From assembly GCF_009914755.1 (NCBI RefSeq), contig NC_060938.1: a DNA stretch of 64,000 nt. The stretch is one strand, 5' to 3'. Source of the stretch: the human T2T-CHM13v2.0 reference genome, Homo sapiens. The notes beneath the pieces are model-generated. The model had not been told where the DNA came from, made no database searches, and saw only the letters and a list, made by a program, of their open reading frames with translations. A program made the position numbers and the translations under genes. Of this stretch, positions 43,925 to 58,405 are shown piece by piece. Within the stretch, counting starts at the first letter, position 1; each line of letters begins with the position of its first letter.

Positions 43925-44709
43925 TATTTGTCCTGTTGGGCATTTACTTTAATCCATATTGGCCTTCTTGGTGTTCTTCAGATACAACAGGCACACAGTG
44001 TTTTCTCTGTCTATTCCTGTTATGTGGAATATACTCCCTCCTCATCTCCTTAAAATCTTTGCTCAAAAGTTATTTTTACAATACAATTTCACTCTGACTG
44101 ATCATTCTAGTTAAATAGAAAGCGCTTTGTCTTCGCCTCTCCATTCTTATACTCCTGAGCCCCTAATTCTTTTCTCCAGACCACTAAGCTTGTTATTCTC
44201 TCTATTTACTTATTAGAGTTTATTGTCTATGTTTCCAACAAGAATGTTAGTTCTAGAAGGGTAGGGATTTGGGCCAGTTTTATTATTTGATGCATCAAGG
44301 GAGCAGAGAGTAATACCCAGCGTATGCTCAGTAAGTAAACAATTGCAGACACTCTTTATGTTTGCTCCTTATGCACAAACTCGTTCAGTGATAATGCCTT
44401 GCCATAACACGTAGTTTTAAATGAAATTTATGCCCTATATTCATATATTAAACTTAATTCTATCCTCCATCCACAAAAATAAATAAATTCACATTAACAT
44501 TTGCATTTGAGAGCAGTAAACAACTTGATGTTTGAGATGAAGACACTAATTTCCAAAGAACACAATGTTAGTTCAGTGGCACAATCATAAGGCAGATTTC
44601 CAATCTCCATTTCTTGTGCAGTTTCCCACTCACAGATAAATGTTGGATATCTCACCAATAGACAAGCCCACAAATGCATGTTGCATGTTTATAAAATATT
44701 CACATCCAG

Positions 44710-45060
44710 TTTCTCCCTACTGAGTCTGTCCCTATGGTAGATTCTTGTACTTCCTATTTAACTGGAGGTAGGTTCAGGCACATGACTAGCTTTGGACAAT
44801 GTAATGTGAATGGAAGTGATGAAAGTCCCTTTTGTCATTTCCAAGCACAAGTTTTAAAGGTTATGATGTGGTTTCACCATCTCTCATTTTTCCCTGGCTA
44901 CAGTAATGCCAATGTGCAAAAATATGCGTACTTCTCCTTTGTCCCTAGATGCCAGCATGAAAAAGGTATGGAACACAGCCCATGTTAGCCTTTGAACAAC
45001 ATGAAATGTGAATAAGAAATAAACCTTTATAGTTGTCAGCAAAAGTTGACTAATAGACTG
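44710..45060 (+). mobile_element. Old MLT1 (J/K-like) LTR
   Basis: catgactagctttggacaatgtaatgtgaatggaagtga and gtgaataagaaataaacctttatagttg. Confidence 0.5.
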
Positions 45061-45084
45061 CATAAAACTTCCTACTAATAAGTT

Positions 45085-45290
45085 AATTTCTTGAGTGCTT
45101 CCTATGTGCCAGGAGTTTGGCTCACAATATTTTCTTGGTTTTCACAACAACTCTATAAAGTAGATATGATAAATTATATTTCCCAGGAAACTTCAGTTCA
45201 GGGAGGTCAAGTTTTCTAAAGCTACACAGCCAGAAAATTGCAGAACCAAAATTTGATCCAAATGTTATCTGACTCTCAGACATAAGCACT
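45085..45290 (-). mobile_element. MIR
   Basis: ttgagtgcttcctatgtgccagg...ttcacaacaactcta...gttcagggaggtcaag...tctgactctcaga. Confidence 0.6.
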
Positions 45291-45344
45291 TAGTCTTTTC
45301 CCCTAACATTTAATGTTAATTTTTAAAAAAATAATAAGTATCTT

Positions 45345-45640
45345 GGCTGGGTACAGTGGCTCATGCCTGTAATACCAGCACTTTGGGAGGCCTAGGAGGG
45401 CAGATCACCTGAGGTCAGGAGTTCAAGAGCAGCCTGGACAACATGGTGAAACCCCGTCTCTGCTAAAAAATACGAAAAACTCAGCCAGGCAAGGTGGCAC
45501 ATGCCTGTTGTCCCAGCTACTTGGGAGGCTTGAACCTAGGAGGTGAAGGTTTGCAGTGAGCTAAGATCATGCTGCTGCACTCCAGCCTGGTCAACAGAGC
45601 AAGTCTCCATCTCAAAATAATAATGATAATAAATAATAAT
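45345..45640 (+). mobile_element. Alu (AluSx/Sz-like) with 17-bp internal deletion and (AAT)n tail
   Basis: Reads ggaggct|tgaacc, lacking gaggcaggagaatcgct; TSD aataataagtatctt (45330-45344) / aataataagtatcct (45641-45655). Confidence 0.95.
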
Positions 45641-48600
45641 AATAATAAGTATCCTAAAGTTAAAGCTTGTGTGGATAGAAGAAGTGACCATACAGATCGT
45701 GTCCAAAGCCCAAATATCAACATGCAGCTTCTTTACTGTCCCCTGCTCAGATTTTCCAATGAAATATACAGAATGCCTGGAAGAGGCTTTTGACTAATCA
45801 CGTAGGCCAAAGCAGTAACTCCCAGCATGGGTGGCCATGGACTTTGGTTTTGTTTGTTTTACAATATGTTAGAACACTGCCAGCTAACATTTTAAAACTT
45901 CATTTTTCCTTTTAGCCAAACCAATTCCAAATGTTTGAAAAGAAATTATGGGAAGAACTAAGATTAACTGGCAATAGAATCTTTTTTCTTTTATTAAAAA
46001 TAAACATTTTGTAGAAAAACAAGATTCAGCTCCTCATTTCAGTGGAGAAGAGAGAAAGGCAAATCATCACTCAACCCAGATATACTGGTGTAAAAAAAAA
46101 CCATAGTTTTTCTCAAATTTTTCAAGATTTATTTAGATATCACATAGCTAGAGCTATAAAATAGGCCAAAGTTACAATGGAATGTGACCTGTGTCTGTAT
46201 TAATTAAGAAACCCTTTAATTGGAGTAAAAGGAAGTTAACTGTTTTAGTTGTGCTATTGACCACAATTCTTCATTCTTCACAGTATCTCTGTTCTCTGCC
46301 ATATAATAATGTAGCACCCTCTTACTATGTACGGGGTGTACTTTCCTACCTCTGCATTGCTCACGGAGACTTCCATTGGCTGATAAAACTAGGAAGTGCC
46401 AGCATGCAGGCTCACAGCCTAAGCTTCGGGAAGCCTTGCTTATTCCATTTGTTCTCTTGTTCCTCTGCACTTTTCATGAGAAGAGTATGCCCCGGCTAGC
46501 TTGCTCAGCCCAGGAGGAGACCAAGAAACAAGAAAACACATGAACTCCCCATAGTCAAATCCAACTTAGATTATCTCACCTTTGGCTAACTTGCATACTC
46601 CGAGGTAATTAAATGCTGATTCACTCCTGAGACATTGTAGTTATGATATAATAATAGATAAGAGGTCAATTCAAGGTAGCTTCAGCAAAAATGAATGTTT
46701 ATTGGAAGAATAAGAAAGTGGGTCACAGAATCTGAGAATTAATGAACCTAGGGAAGTATCAAGGCCACAACCTTAACTAGATCAGATAAATCAATGCGCT
46801 TTCTCTATAAGGACACTAATATGTCTCAGCTCCCAACTCCCTGTCTCTGTCAGTCACAGCTTCTCAGAAGGGTTCATCCAAGAGTGATGACAGCAAATAG
46901 CAAAATAGGAGCTTCCAGTCCAGGTCTTCTCACAGGCACACTAATTTTACAACCATACACACACAAAAATACCTTCACTACAATTCCAGAATCATTGTAG
47001 GAGATTATAGCACATTAGGTAAAGCAAATAATGAAAAAATATGCATTGAAGAGAATAGGAAGAACCCTGACAATTTACCCAAGTCACCCCTCCCCCAAGT
47101 CTTCAGCACAGTGTCAAGAAAAATTCCTTCTGCCTCAGTGCTCTCCCATGGGGAAAAGATAATAAAGTCAGCATCTGGTTTCACTATATATGCAGGTTTC
47201 AGGCCCATCCAGTGGACTCAGTTATAATGCCAGGCCCCACATATTGGGGTTTCAAGCTGCCACCAGTAGTCAAGAGTACAAGGCTGTCCTTGCAGACCCA
47301 GGTTAGGCCAGAATCTGTGAGCCAAGTCCAGTCTTGCCCCATGGGACTCCAGTGACAAGAAAGACACTATGAACCCACGCACCTGGCTAGCCTACCTGGG
47401 AAACCTGGCCGCAGACTTGGTCATGGTTGCCACCTGCTGGCCCATACAGAATCTCCAGATGGGCTGATTGGTAAAGGACTTTCTCTGCAAAACCAGTTTG
47501 AGAAGACTGGGAAGAGGTGACTACTTCTTCAAATGTGTCCCTAATTAATAATATGAAACATACAAATGCACAAAACTCAGTGGTATAAGTAAAACACAGC
47601 CATATTTAGAACATTCTAGGACTGTAATGATGGTGTATAAGGGTTAAAAGACAAAACTATTAATAACATCTATAGCTGAAATAAATTGTTAAGGGATCAT
47701 ATTTTTAAAATGATGTAATTCTGCCATCGAAAACATAAAGTGTGTGTTGGGGGAAATGAAAGTGTAGAGTTGTTGAATGAAATCAAAGTTAAATTGTTAT
47801 CAGCTTGAAATATGCTGTTACAAGATGGTCTATGTAAGCCTCATGATAACCACAAAGCAAAAATCTTTAGTAGAATCACCAAAATGAAAATAGAAAGGAT
47901 TCAAAGCATACAACTGCAGAAAACCATCAAAGCACAAAAGAAGACAGCAAGAGCAAAGGAAGGAAACAAAGTTTCTACATAACTACTAGCAAAAAACTAA
48001 CAAAATGGCAATAAGTTATAACATATCAACAGTTACCTTGAACATAAATGGATTAAATTGTCCAATAAAAAAAGAAGTAAAGTAATTAAACAGATAAAAA
48101 AAGACCCAACTATAAGCGCCTAAAAGAGACTAACCTCAGTTTTACACTAAAAGTGTATACATATACACATATACACGAAATATGAAGGGATGAAAAAAGA
48201 TATTTTATGCAAATGGAGATCAAAAGGGAGCAGAAGTGGCTAGACTTACATTAGACAAAATAGACTTTGAGTCAAAAACCATAAAAAAGACTAAGAGGAA
48301 CATTACGTAATGATAAAGGGGCCAATTCATCAAAGGATATAACAATTGTAAATATATGTGTGCCCAATATTGGAGCATCTACATATATAAAATAAATGTT
48401 AAAAGATCTGCAAGGAGAGATAGATTGCAATCAAATAATAATAGAGGAATTCGGTCCTTCACTTTTAAAAATGAATAGATCATTTCATACAGAAAATTAA
48501 GAAAACATTGGACTTGGACACTTTAGACCAAATGGATCTAATGGACAAATATGAAACATTCCATACAATCTCAATAGAATACACATTATTTTCTAGTGTG

Positions 48601-49629
48601 TGCAAAACATCCTATAGAATAGATCATGTGTTAGGGCACAAAACAAGCCTTAACAAATTTAAGATTAAAATTATATCAAGTATTTTTCCTCCAAAAATAA
48701 TATCAATGTAGAAATAAATAACAGAAGGAATTTTAGATAATTTACAAATATATGAAAATTAAATAAAATAGTCCTAAACAACCTATGGGTCAATGAAAAA
48801 ATTTTAAAAATAGTTTTTTAAAATTTTGAAACAAATGAAAATGGAAACACATCATACCAAAACTTTTGGAATATATAGCAAAAGCAGTTTTAAGAGGAAA
48901 GTTTAAAGCAATAAAAGCGTACATTAAAAAAGAAGAAAGATCTCAAATAAACAACCTAACATTACATCACAAAGAATGAGAAATAGGGCATAGTAAGCCA
49001 AAAGTTACTAGAAGAAAAAAATAATAAAAATTAAAACAGAAATAAATGAAATAAAAACTTAAAAAAAACAGACAAGATCCAAAAAACTGAGAATTGTTTT
49101 TTGTAAAGATAAAATTAATAATACCTTAGTTAGACTAATTAAGAAAAAAATGAGTGAAGACTCAAATGAATAAAATTGTAAATGAAAGAGGGGGACATTA
49201 CAAGTGACACCACGTAGATCAAAGGACCATCAGAAACTACTATAACAATCGTATGCCACAAACGTGGATAACCTAGAAGAAATGGATGCAGTCCTAGAAA
49301 CTACAAGCTACCAAGACTGAACCATGAAATAATAAAATACATGAACAAATTAATAATGAATAAGGAGATTTAATCAATCACCAAAAATTTCCCAACAAAG
49401 AAAAGCTCAAGGTCAGATGGCTTCACTGGTGAGTTCTACCATTTTAAAAAGAATAAATGTCAATTCTTCTTAATCTATTCCAAAAAATTGAAGATGACGG
49501 GATACTTCCAAACTAATTTCATGAAGCCAGCATTATCCTAATAACAAGCCAGGCCAGGACACCATAAGAAAAGAACATTGCAGGCCAATGTCCCTGATGA
49601 ACATAGATGCAAAAATCCTCAACAAAATG

Positions 49630-49964
49630 CAGCCATTCATCTATATCCATAGGGTACTGTTCCCAGGATCTTCCACAAATATCATAATCCACAGATGCTA
49701 AAGTCCCTGATATAAAATTGCATAGCATTTGCATATAAGCATATATATACCTGCCTGTATGTTTTGTCCTCTGAAGCTTGTTTATAATATCTAATACAAT
49801 GTAAATGTCATGTAAGTAGTTGTTATACTATATTGTTTAGGTAATAATGACAAGAAATGAAAGTCTGAACATGTTTAGTACAAATGCAATCTTTTTCCAA
49901 TTTTCTTCATCTGTGGTTGGTTGAATCCATGGATGATGAACCCATGGATATGGATGGCCAACTG
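49630..49964. mobile_element. MER2 inserted in L1 ORF2, opposite orientation to the 43079 copy
   Basis: cagccattcatctatatccatagg ... catggatatggatggccaactg splits L1 aacaaaat|ctagcaaac. Confidence 0.85.
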
Positions 49965-50284
49965 TTCTAGCAAACTGAACTCAATAGCACAATAAAAGGA
50001 TCTCACAACATAATCAATGAGACATATCCCTGTAATTCAAGGATGGTTCAACATACATAAATTAATCATTATGATGTACCCCATTAACAGAATGAAGGAT
50101 AAAAATTATATAATCATCCCAATAGGTGGGAAAAGTCAACATACGTTCTTAATGAAAATTTTCACCAAAGTATTTATAGAGAAAATGTACCTCAATATAG
50201 TAAAAACCATATATCAAAGGCCTACAGCTAACATCTTACTCAATGGTAAAAAGCTGAAAGCTCTTCCTCTAACATGAGGAATAA

Positions 50285-50589
<305 letters not shown>

Positions 50590-53293
50590 CGAAGAAGAAG
50601 AAGATAAGAATGTCGATTCTTGCCACTTCTATTCAACATAGTACTGAAAGACCTAGTCAGGTCAATTAGTCAGGAAAAAAAATTTTTAAATTAAAACATC
50701 AAAATTAAAATAAAAAATAAGTAAAATTATATCTGTTTGCAGGTGGCATCATCTTATATATAGAAAACCCTAAAAACTCCACATGAACAAAACTCGTTAG
50801 AACTAAAAAATGAATTCAGGGAAGTTGTAAGATACAAAATCAACACAGAAGAATCAGCTGCCTTTCTATACACTAACAACAAAGTATCTAAAAAAAAATG
50901 AAGAAAGCAATTCCATTGATAATGCATCCAGAAGAATAAAATACTTAGGAATAAATTTAACCAATGAGATTTAAGATCTGTTCACTGAAAATTATAAAAC
51001 ATTGACTAAAGAAGTTGAAAATATAAATATATTAAAAGATATCCTACAATAATGAATTAAAAGGATTAATATTGTTAAAATAGCCATACTAACCAAAGTA
51101 ATCTACACAGTCAGTACAATCTCTATAAATATAAAGTCCAATGGCATTTTCCACAGAAATAGAAAACGAAAACAAAAAATTTGTGTGAGACCACAAAAGC
51201 ACCAAAATAGTCAAAGCAATCTTGAGAAAAAGGAACAAAGCTAGCTAGAGACATCACACTTCTATATTTCAAATTTTATTACAAAGCTGTAATAATCAAA
51301 ATTGTGTGGTATTGACATAAAAACAGACACATAGACCAATGGAATAGAAATGCCTATCCAGAAATAAACCTACACATAAACAGTCAATTAGTCTTCAACA
51401 AGAGCACCAAAAATACTAAATGGATACATATAGTCCACAATAAATGATGCTGGGAGAACTGGATATCTACATGTAAAAAAATGAAAATGGACCCTTATCT
51501 TACATCAAATACAGAAATTAACCTAAAATGGATTAAAGACTTAAATGTAAAACCTGAAACCACAAAACTCCTAGGAGAAAACATAGAGAAAAAGCTCCTT
51601 GACTTTGATTTTGCCAGTGAGTTTTTTGGACATGATGTCAAAAGCACAGGCAATAAAAACAAAAATAAATAAGTGGGATTATATTAAAATAAAAATCTTC
51701 TAAACATAAAATGAAACAATCAACAAAATCAAAAGGCAACCTACATACTGAGAGAAAATATTTCCAAATTATATATCTGATAAAATTTTAATATATCCAA
51801 AAATATATGAAGAAATCCTATATCTCAATAGCAAAAAAATAAATAAATAAATAAAAAATGGAGAAAGTACCAGAATAGATGTCAATGCATACAAGACATA
51901 CAAATGGACAATACGTTTATAAACAGGTGCTCAACAACATTAATCATCAGTAAAATGCAAATCAAAGCCACTATGACCTATCACCTAACATCTGTTGGGA
52001 TGGCTAAGATTGAAAAAACAAAAGATAACAAGTGTTGGTGACAATGTGGAGAAAAGGAAACCCTGGCACACTGTTAGTGATAATTTTAATTGGCATAGTC
52101 TTTATGAAAAGCAGTACAAAGGCTTCTCAAAAAATTAAAAATAGTGTGGAAGTGTGGAAAAATTTTTTTTAAGTTTTTTTTTTAAAAGAAAAAAAGTAAA
52201 AAATAGAACTACCATCAGAACTACGATCCAGTGACCCCACTTCTAGGTATTTATCCAAAGGAATTGAAGTCAGAATCTCAAAGAGATACCTGTACTCCCA
52301 TGTTCATTGCAGCACGATACAAATAGTCAAGATATGAAAAAAACCTAAATGTTTATCAGTGGATGAATGGGTAAAGGAAATGTAGTATATACACACAATG
52401 AAATGCTATTCTGTCTCTAAAAGAAGGAAGTCTTTCCATTTGCAACCACATAAATGGAGTTGAAGGATATTACTCTAAATGAAATAAATCAGATACAGAA
52501 AGACAAATACTGTATAATCTCACTTATATATGAAATCTAAAATATTCTAACTCTTAGAAGCAGAGAGTAGAATGGCGGTAACCAGGCTCCAGGGACATGA
52601 GGAAATGGAGAGATGGTGGTCAAGGAGTACAAAGTTTCAGTTATGGAAGGCAATAATGTATTGTATACTTAAAATTTGCCAAGAAGGTAGATCTTATGTT
52701 AAGCGTTCTTACCAATGATAATAATAATAATTGTAATTAACGGAGTAAAGGAAAACTTTGGGAGGTGATGGATAGGTCTATGGCCTTAATGATGGTGATG
52801 GTTTCACAGGTGCATACTTATCCCCAAATTCGAGCTGTATACATTAAATATGTACAACTTTTTACATGACAATCATATTTCAATAAAGTATATCTTTTTA
52901 AGGGTTAGTGTGATTAAAGTGTTTTACTTGACCCTACTTCATCTAATGGCATGGCTTATTGGCTTTTAGAGTTCCACCCCTCTACAGCAAGCAGTTCCAA
53001 GAAACTAGCGACTAGAATGATAACCTAACTGAGGTCCAACCTAATTAACTTAAAGAAGAGAAAAATATAACTTTTTAAGAGTTTAAACAAAAGTAATCCC
53101 ACATTGTGTTTACCTGGTTCAGTGTTCCACCTGAAGGAAAGGTTTATGAAATACCTCCCAAGATGCTTCAAGTCAAGGATGCCCATGAATTGACTATGCT
53201 GTATTTCTTATCCCGGTTTTGCACTCCTCTTTTCCATCACCCACTCTTCTCCAGATTTTCAATGTCCACAAACAAATAGAATTTCATAGCTAA

Positions 53294-53600
<307 letters not shown>

Positions 53601-53730
53601 CTAAAACCTTATTTTATTCCTTTCTGTTTAGAATTCAATTGCCACCTGGACATGAATTTCTCAAGCTTATCATTCTGGGATATATCTGTACACACACATT
53701 TCATAGTCAATCTACAAAAAATTTACCTAG

Positions 53731-54230
53731 TGTTCTGGTTCTTAAGGCTGCTGTAATAGCTTACCACAAACCAGATGACTTAAGACAACAGGAATCTGTT
53801 CACTCAGTTCTGGAGGATAGACATCTGAATCCAGGTTTTGGCAAGGCCACGCTCTCTCCAAAGGCTCTGGGGTAGAATCACTTCCAAGCCTTTCTCCTGA
53901 TTTCTGGTGTTCCTGGTAATACGATTTTCCGTGGATTGCAGATGAATTTCTCTACCGTTTGCCTCTGTCCTTACGTGGTGTTCTGCCCTCATGTGTCTCT
54001 GTGTGGGAGTGTATTATCTTCTTCTTGTAGGGACACCTGTCATAATGCATTAAGAACTCCCCCTATGCCAGTATGATCAAATCTTAACTATTTACTTTTG
54101 CAAAGCTCCTATTTCCAAATATAGTTACATTCTCAGATTCTAGGGCATGATTTTTTTTCTTTTTTTCTTTTTTTTTTTTTTTTTTGTGGTGGTGGTGGTG
54201 GTGGGTGGGACACTATTTTAACCCGGTACA
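53731..54230 (-). mobile_element. MLT1C-like solo LTR with internal T-run/(GTG)n
   Basis: ggctgctgtaatagcttaccacaaac ... gggacactattttaacccggtaca; TSD cctag/cttag. Confidence 0.8.
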
Positions 54231-54543
54231 CTTAGAATATAGAATCTTGTGGTCAAAAATAATCTCAGAGTTGAACAAGTCACACTGCTATCTTACCATT
54301 ACTTTCATTTGTTCTCTCTTGAATATCTTTCATTAAAGGAGTGCTCACTTCCTTGAAAGGGTGTCAGGTCCAATTTTTAGAGAATAAACTCAAATATCCA
54401 TCAATAGGAGATTAGGTAAATAATTTGAGCTATGATCATATAATGGGATAATATTCAACTATCAAAAATTATGAAGACCCATAGATATTGACATATAAAA
54501 CTATCACAATGAATTGTTAAATAAGAGACTGGTAATAAAATAA

Positions 54544-54870
<327 letters not shown>

Positions 54871-55022
54871 AACTTAGTTTTATTTATTTAGAGATATAAG
54901 TACATTATATTTGAAAAGATAAAATGTGAGAAAGATTGAAGTTTATCTCTAGATGTTGGGAGTGACGATGATTTTTTTCTCCAAATTTTTCTGTAGTGTT
55001 TGATTTTTGTTTGTTAAACAAT

Positions 55023-55064
55023 AGCCTGGGTGACAGAGGAAGACTCTATCTAAAAAAAAAAAAA
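55023..55064 (+). mobile_element. Severely 5'-truncated Alu 3' end
   Basis: agcctgggtgacagaggaagactctatct followed by A-run. Confidence 0.7.
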
Positions 55065-55544
55065 ACTTTTAATGAGAAAAAAATAATGTTCAATTTGCAA
55101 AACAAAAAAGTAGGCTTTTTTAGAATTTTTATTAGAAAGTTTTTTTAGTAACTTCCATTATCCCTTTACTCAGTCTATGACTTCAGAGCATTGTGAGGTA
55201 ACATCTTTATCAGGCTTAAAAAAATCCTCAGTAAGATATTACTTTTAAAAAATAACACAATTTGTTTATTTTATATTGTGCCATTCCTACCTTTACACTG
55301 TAGCAAATGCAAGACCTTTAGCCCAGGAAAGAATAGAGGAAAACAGACAAGATTGTCAAAGGCCATTTTCTATAGTACTGGATTGTGTTATTCTTTTTAA
55401 GTCTTACAAATTTAAAAAGCAATGTATCTCATAATATTTTGAGTTTTTGTTATTAGTAACATTAAATATCTTTTCTTATGCTGATTAATCATTTTGAATT
55501 TTTTCTATGAATTACCTATAGTTCATTTTTGTATTTTTTACCCA

Positions 55545-56345
55545 TTTACAGAAACTATAAACTATACTTACATAAAATAATCCTGACATATAAAATATAT
55601 GTATCTCAAAACCAGGATTCTTTTATGTAACATAGATATATGTATATATATCTATATATATCTATATTGAGATATATATATCTATATCTCAATATAGATA
55701 AAATAATCTTGACATATAAAATATATGTATCTGAAAACCAGGATTCTTTTATGTAACATAGATATATGTATATATATCTATATGTACATATATCTATGTA
55801 TATATATCTATATGTATATATATCTATATATATATCTATATTGAGATCTACATATATCTATATTGAGATACATATATAGAGAGATATATATATATATATA
55901 TCTCAAAGCCAGGGTTATTTCATGTAATAAATAAATAGTTCCTATAAATATATTTATATATTTATATTATATTTGTTGTATAATATATGATTTACATTTA
56001 AATTATATAATTTATAATTATATAATTACATATCATATAATAAACATGTTCCTGGAGATTCCTTTTCCAGGCTGAGTGACCTAAAAATAATCAATATAGT
56101 TAAAGCAGAACACCCGTGCATAAGAGTCAGCAACCTTCACAAACTGAATCTTCATAAACACTAGGTTTAGATTTTGACCAAGGTAAGGTAAATCTAGTCT
56201 TTTGTTCCTTTAATAATATATATATAATTATATATATATAATTCATCTTTACTATATATTATATATTTTATATATAATTATATATGATAAATATATGTAT
56301 TTATAGGAACTATTCATATATTACATAGAATAATTATATATATAA
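55545..56345. repeat. Complex AT-rich block of tandem and inverted duplications with TA repeats
   Basis: 126-bp period direct repeat (55572/55698); inverted pairs 55568-55585/55613-55630 and 55915-55950/56298-56333. Confidence 0.9.
56039..56203 (+). repeat. Local duplication copy A (paralog of 59389-59553)
   Basis: Ungapped alignment at offset 3350; 15 mismatches in 165 bp by manual count. Confidence 0.95.
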
Positions 56346-56944
56346 TTTAAAGTTTCATCTTCAGGTATATTAACCTGTCAATATTTTCTATTAGATTTCT
56401 GTTTTTCCTGTCCTGCTTATAAAAATTTTCTCCCTTTCCAACATTATGAATAGTATTTGTTTATATTCTCTTCCTAAATATCTTTACTTTGAAGTCACAA
56501 TTAATAAGGTAAGAAAAGTTACGTTAAACCACGCAAAGTTCTTTAGTGCCTCTGGTTTACTTTTCACATCCACAGAATCGTTTTATCAGAATTCATTTTA
56601 TCACAGATAGTGAGTAGACAGGAGCCAGCACAAATTTAAAGGTCAGTAAGTATAGAAACTTGCTAGTCCAACAAACTCACAAAAGACACTGTGAGATCCT
56701 ATTCAGTACAATATTTTTAGCCACTTTCACAGTTTTCCAGTTGTTCATTCTGGCAAGAATCCACCTTCAATATGAAAGACTATTGAGAATATCTTTGATG
56801 AGATGTTGCTTTAGGAAGACTTGGTTTATTAGTATCGCATTCACGTGTACCAGTTATATATGAGAGAGTTTGTATAAAATATTACTACCTACAGTAGATC
56901 TAGAGCAAATGCCATTAGAATTACCATCATATGTACTGACGGAT

Positions 56945-57150
56945 ACCATTTTCTGAGTGATTGCTATGATCCAGGCACTATACTAAGAAATTTAAAAGAA
57001 TTGTCTCAATCTCAATCCTTACAGTAATCAAAAAGGAAAGAGTTATCATTATCTCCATTTTTCACAGAAAATATAAGGCATAGGGAGTTCATTTTGTCTA
57101 TGGTTCAATAGCTGGTAAATAGCACAGTCAGAATCAAATATACATTGGAC
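56945..57150 (-). mobile_element. MIR
   Basis: ccaggcactatactaag...attatctccatttttcacagaaaa...gctggtaaatagcacagtcagaatc. Confidence 0.55.
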
Positions 57151-58052
57151 AAAGCAACTTACGTACCTATTTTAGAATCTGAAATAGATGGTATATATGT
57201 AAATGATGATAGACCAAAATATAGTTGTCAATAAAAAAGGAATGGTGTTTTTAATGGACAATTATGAGCAAAGTTGATCCATTAGTGAGTACATAGGGTT
57301 TATAATTCCCTACTGAGAGTCAAATGGTTACAAGGTTACAGGAAATTACATTCTACAGTATAAACTAGAGAGGAAGTTAGCATTTCAATGCTTACATGTG
57401 TCTAGGAGGAAAATTACTAGAACATACCTGCACCATGCCGCACAAGCTGCTGACTGATATTCAAGTAAATGAACAAGTGCCATGGTCCTGGGAGGCTCCT
57501 CACATACAACTATCCTAGCCAATACATCCTCTTCGTTCAACTTCTGCAATCATCCTCCTCCACGTTTCCAATTCCCAGTCCAAGCTTCCCCACATTCATG
57601 AAGCCTTTAACTTAACACTACATTGAATTTCTGTGGACTATTTCTTTTTACAATCGATTGCATATTGTTTTTACATTTTTTCATGTATTAGATCTGTTGG
57701 TATAACTCTAATTTTGTAAAGCATTTACCCATATATTTTTTTTCTTTAACGTCTCAGGGTTTTCTAATAAAGTACAGACAGAAAAGTGGTACTTTCATTT
57801 TATAGATGAGAAAATATTACATAAAAAGTCCTTTCACAACGTGTTGACAATATGCTTCTCCAACCTCATATCCTAATACAAACCATGTCAATAAATAGTT
57901 CAAGACAACTTATCTGCGACATCTCTATGTCTTTGGTCTTATTGTGACGACAATATTTCTCCCATCCTGACCTTCTAACTCTAAACCCTGATCCTTTTTT
58001 CATTAAAACATAACATTTATTTAAACGTATGTTTTTACATGTGTAATTATTT

Positions 58053-58405
<353 letters not shown>

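Larger units (their letters stand above)
42410..44340 (+). mobile_element. L2 3' region split by Tigger3
   Basis: gactcccaaatgtgtatct, ccctggtccaagcccccattat and agaatgttagttctagaagggtaggga motifs on both sides of the Tigger3 insertion. Confidence 0.7.

Noticed and set aside
54186-54209. G-quadruplex candidate (GGT)n-gggtggg
   Set aside because: Mostly 2-G runs; a microsatellite expansion inside an MLT1 LTR
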